Assembly (NCBI GenBank): GCA_051294375.1
Contig: CM119269.1
Location: forward strand, 3,346,657-3,410,656
Source of the DNA: Paraspadella gotoi
Lineage: Eukaryota; Animalia; Chaetognatha
Length of the DNA stretch: 64,000 nucleotides
Direction: 5' to 3'
Shown here: positions 60,791-64,000 of the stretch, piece by piece
How positions within the stretch are numbered: position 1 is the first letter of the stretch
How the letters are laid out: each line of letters begins with the position of its first letter
The notes under the pieces: model-generated
Databases searched by the model: none
Told to the model about the DNA's origin: nothing
Seen by the model: the letters and a program-made list of their open reading frames with translations, nothing else
Program-made: the position numbers and the translations under genes

Positions 60791-61477
60791 TCATCTTCCC
60801 AACCTTTCAAACCCTATTTCTCCATCCGTCCGTTAGCGTCGTCCGGTCCGTCAGATGTCAATCTCTCCATCGCCAAATTTCTCTTGTCCCCGCCATTTTC
60901 TTCCCTTCATTTCCTCGTTCAAACTCCGTTTGCACTTTGCGTGTTTCCCGCTGACTCCATTGACTCCTTTGACTTTTTAACCTCAACATTTTTTTTCGTT
61001 CATTTTTTTTCAAAAATTATTTCTTTCTTTTTTTTCCCCCCTTTACTTTTCTTTGTTTCTTTTTATTGTCACGAATTCTCGTAAAAATTCCCTTTTGCTT
61101 CTATTCTTTTCGTGCTTGATTGTGTTCTTATGTTTTGTTTTCTCTCTTTATTTTCTCTCTCTCTCTCTCCATGTCTCTCTCTATTTATCTCATTCACTTT
61201 CTATCAAGCGAACGAAACAACAAAAAAATTCCTTCTCATGCTCTTCAAAACAAGGTCGCTGTCTTATATGTCCTTAGTATACTATTTCTAGTTCAAACTT
61301 GTTGTCCACATACTCGTTGTCGCCGTCGTCTTGGACTAAAATTGCCATGACATTCTCTCGTCCTTATTATGGTTTGATTATCATCTTCCTTCATTCTACT
61401 CTCTCCATCTCTCTTTTTTTCCCCTTCTCTCTCTCTCTTTAAAAAAAATCCAGCGACGACGCTTGCGTCAATCTCTG

Positions 61478-61548
61478 ATTGGTCAACTTCGTCGCCGACG
61501 CGTCGACGTTCCTCCAATCATCGACGTTCCTCCAATCAACGACGTTCC
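61478..61548. promoter_or_regulatory. CCAAT cluster, partly built from an 18-bp tandem repeat (CGACGTTCCTCCAATCAN x2.5)
   Basis: ATTGG at 61478 and CCAAT at 61514 and 61532, located between a possible minus-strand gene and the plus-strand ORF at 63551. Confidence 0.4.
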
Positions 61549-62160
61549 CTCCTCGTTTTGTTTTCTCAATTTTCTGTTTACGACTGGAAAAAAAATAATC
61601 TAAGCTTCTCTTTCTTTTTCGCTCCTGATTTTTTTGCACGAATCTGAAAAAAAAAAGATCGAAGTGCAAATTTCGTTCCGAAGATCGATTTTTAAATTTT
61701 GGTTTTCGGCACTAGTTTCGATGGGGGCGTAAAACCTAAGTATTAACCGCGTTAATCCGTCACTGAAGTCACTGAAGAAAAAAAAACGAAAGCGATTTTA
61801 ATTTGTATCAATTTGCTTTGTAAAAAAAAAATATAATAGAAATAATTATAAAGTAACAGCAGCCACAGATAAGAAAAACTTTCGCCTTCCGCTTTTAATA
61901 ATTTCTCATCTCGTTAGAATCTCGTTTGCTCATCAGTCTCTCCCAGACCTGAACTCCTCGGAGACACGCAGATTTCTCTCCCAACGGTCCCGATCGGGTT
62001 TTATCATCGGTTAATCTTAGTTCCATCTTCGGTTCCATCCTATTTTCTATAATCTCTTCTATCATCGGTTCCAACCTTCTCATCTTGAATGTCTCATCTA
62101 CATCACTTGTCCACCGCGATTTTGACGCCAGACTGACTCTCTCTCTCTCTCCTCTCTCTC

Positions 62161-62239
<79 letters not shown>

Positions 62240-62480
62240 ATTTACATGGCATTTGAGTTTAAGGTTATTTCTTTATCCTCACTTCTAAAATCTATGCAAT
62301 TGCCTCCCAATTAAAAATTAAATCTAATCAACTTCGTTTTATTATTTTAATTTGAACCGGAGTGGCCTAACAAGTCCAAGGATAGGATGTAACCAGCGTC
62401 TGGCTTGTCACGCTCTCGTGGGAACACGATCTGTTCTCGTGGCAAAATACGTTCAGTACACCAGTGGACGTTAAAAGACT

Positions 62481-62518
<38 letters not shown>

Positions 62519-63052
62519 TTACCTCCTGTTGACGTCTCGCATGGCATCGATGCGTATCAAAATTAAATAACGAGTGCAATAAAATACGTAAACGAAAATT
62601 GAAGTTACAACATTGAAAAAATGTTTATCAGTTCAACGAAAAAATCTTTGAATTACAGAATTGAAATCGCAACAGTATTCAGTCGTTGGAAGCAACCAAC
62701 TGACCTGACTCGATAAGCAACTTCCATTGATTGCGCTTAATTTAGCTCTTTTAGCTGCTCCTCCCTTCATTTGGCACTCTGCTCCTTCATTGCGATCCTG
62801 CTCCAATCTTTTCTTCGACTCCGCTCCTGTCTATATATCATTCCGCACCATTGGGTCCGTTATGTTTTGCTCTCGACGATCTTCGTGTTCAAAACCTCAA
62901 ACACCGTGTTATCCTGCGAATAAAAAAAGAAAAAAAAGAAAAAGAAAAAAGAAAATCAACTTAATCCCTGACAACAACGGATTTTTTTTTACACTCCCCT
63001 TTTTTTTTGTCGCCTTCATGATCATTATTTTTTCGACGATTAATTTATTTCA

Positions 63053-63159
<107 letters not shown>

Positions 63160-63550
63160 CCCTGTCTCCATTCTCTTTTTTCCTCCCTCTCTCTACTCCA
63201 GCAGAGAAACGAATCGGATCTCATGAGAGTCCAGGAAGAGGTTTTACTCTTCGAGGTTCGATCCATGAAAACATCATGAATTCCGGCGTCGATAGGCGCC
63301 AAAATATCAACGACGTCACTTTGCCACTTTCGTCAACGTCGTCGTCGACGTCGTCGTCGTCGTCGTCGACAACAACGACTTGTTCGTTATCCTCGTTACG
63401 ATCTTTTCCTCTCCATTCCTCCTTCTCAGGCGACTGAGTTTTCGCCTTTCTCCGGCGAGGAAGAGTAATAAAGACTTCAAAACAATTATCAAAATCTAAA
63501 ATTAACAAAAATAAGTGACGAGCCGTTTTTTGGAACGAGTTTAAAATATA

Positions 63551-64000
63551 ATGCCGATCGGCGCCGCCTCCCGCCGGCGCCTGGAATTCAGCGCCGATAA
63601 ATTCCAGCACCGCGGCGTCGGTCGGCAAACAATGGCGGCTCCGCGACCGGAGGTGGACGATCGCCGAGACGGCGGTTACGCCTCCGAGCCGGAAAACGTC
63701 TCTTCGTCGCCCAAGAAACGACAACGGCGCCGGAGACGACGCCCGGCGGCGAAAACGACGCCGGCCTCGTCCTCCTCATCGTCGTCGCTCGACGCCGCTC
63801 CGTTTCAAGCGACGCCTCAAATTCGGCGCCCTATAGATCTTTCTCCGACAACGCCATCGTTCTTGGCGGCGCCGTTCGATCGCGGTCCCTCGGTCACTTC
63901 TGCCTACGATTCTGGCGCTTCTAGAGATAGCGCCGGATCGCGAAACAGCGCCGGATCGAGATCCGAGGCGAGGGACGCCGGCGATGAGGCGGACGACGAA
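63551..64000 (+). CDS. 5' part of an unidentified gene (low-complexity Ser/Arg-rich N-terminus, basic NLS-like stretch); runs off the window
   Basis: The frame from ATG 63551 is open for 150 codons to the window end (MPIGAASRRRLEF...DGGYASEPENVSSSPKKRQRRRRRRP...GDEADDE) in GC-rich DNA. The other five frames contain stops here. It is absent from the ORF track because it has no stop in the window. Confidence 0.55.
   Translation, partial: MPIGAASRRRLEFSADKFQHRGVGRQTMAAPRPEVDDRRDGGYASEPENVSSSPKKRQRRRRRRPAAKTTPASSSSSSSLDAAPFQATPQIRRPIDLSPTTPSFLAAPFDRGPSVTSAYDSGASRDSAGSRNSAGSRSEARDAGDEADDE

Noticed and set aside
63221-63724. 167-aa minus-strand ORF as the real gene at the right edge
   Set aside because: It lacks an ATG start and overlaps the plus-strand frame that stays open to the window end. 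Its lower part (63221-63440) could still be an exon but cannot be supported.

Overview
Eukaryotic, AT-rich, microsatellite-dense genomic DNA, probably from an invertebrate animal. It comes from a gapped draft assembly with stretches that look like raw long-read sequence. By hand-splicing I reconstructed two complete intron-containing genes facing each other: a 9-exon ABHD2 orthologue (+, 49480-52074, 424 aa) and an 8-exon basigin/neuroplastin-family Ig protein (-, 52695-57329, 585 aa) with an unusual mucin-like N-terminus. An SLC45/SUT-type sugar transporter gene with apparent frameshifts lies at about 5058-9180 (-). There is also a large proline-rich first exon behind a phased CCAAT promoter (43093-44116) and a gene start at the right edge. 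Mobile DNA includes two related palindromic hAT-type MITEs with 8-bp target-site duplications (TSDs) and a Chapaev-like MITE with a 4-bp TSD. Two large inverted duplications and one direct duplication are probably assembly artefacts. The most interesting signals concern splicing: oligo-A/AAG/GAG acceptors lacking polypyrimidine tracts, a sharp two-class donor pattern, and a triplicated donor that could switch basigin to a secreted form. I found no CRISPR array, rRNA or intact tRNA, and no convincing new multi-gene system. No database searches were run; family calls rest on recalled motifs.
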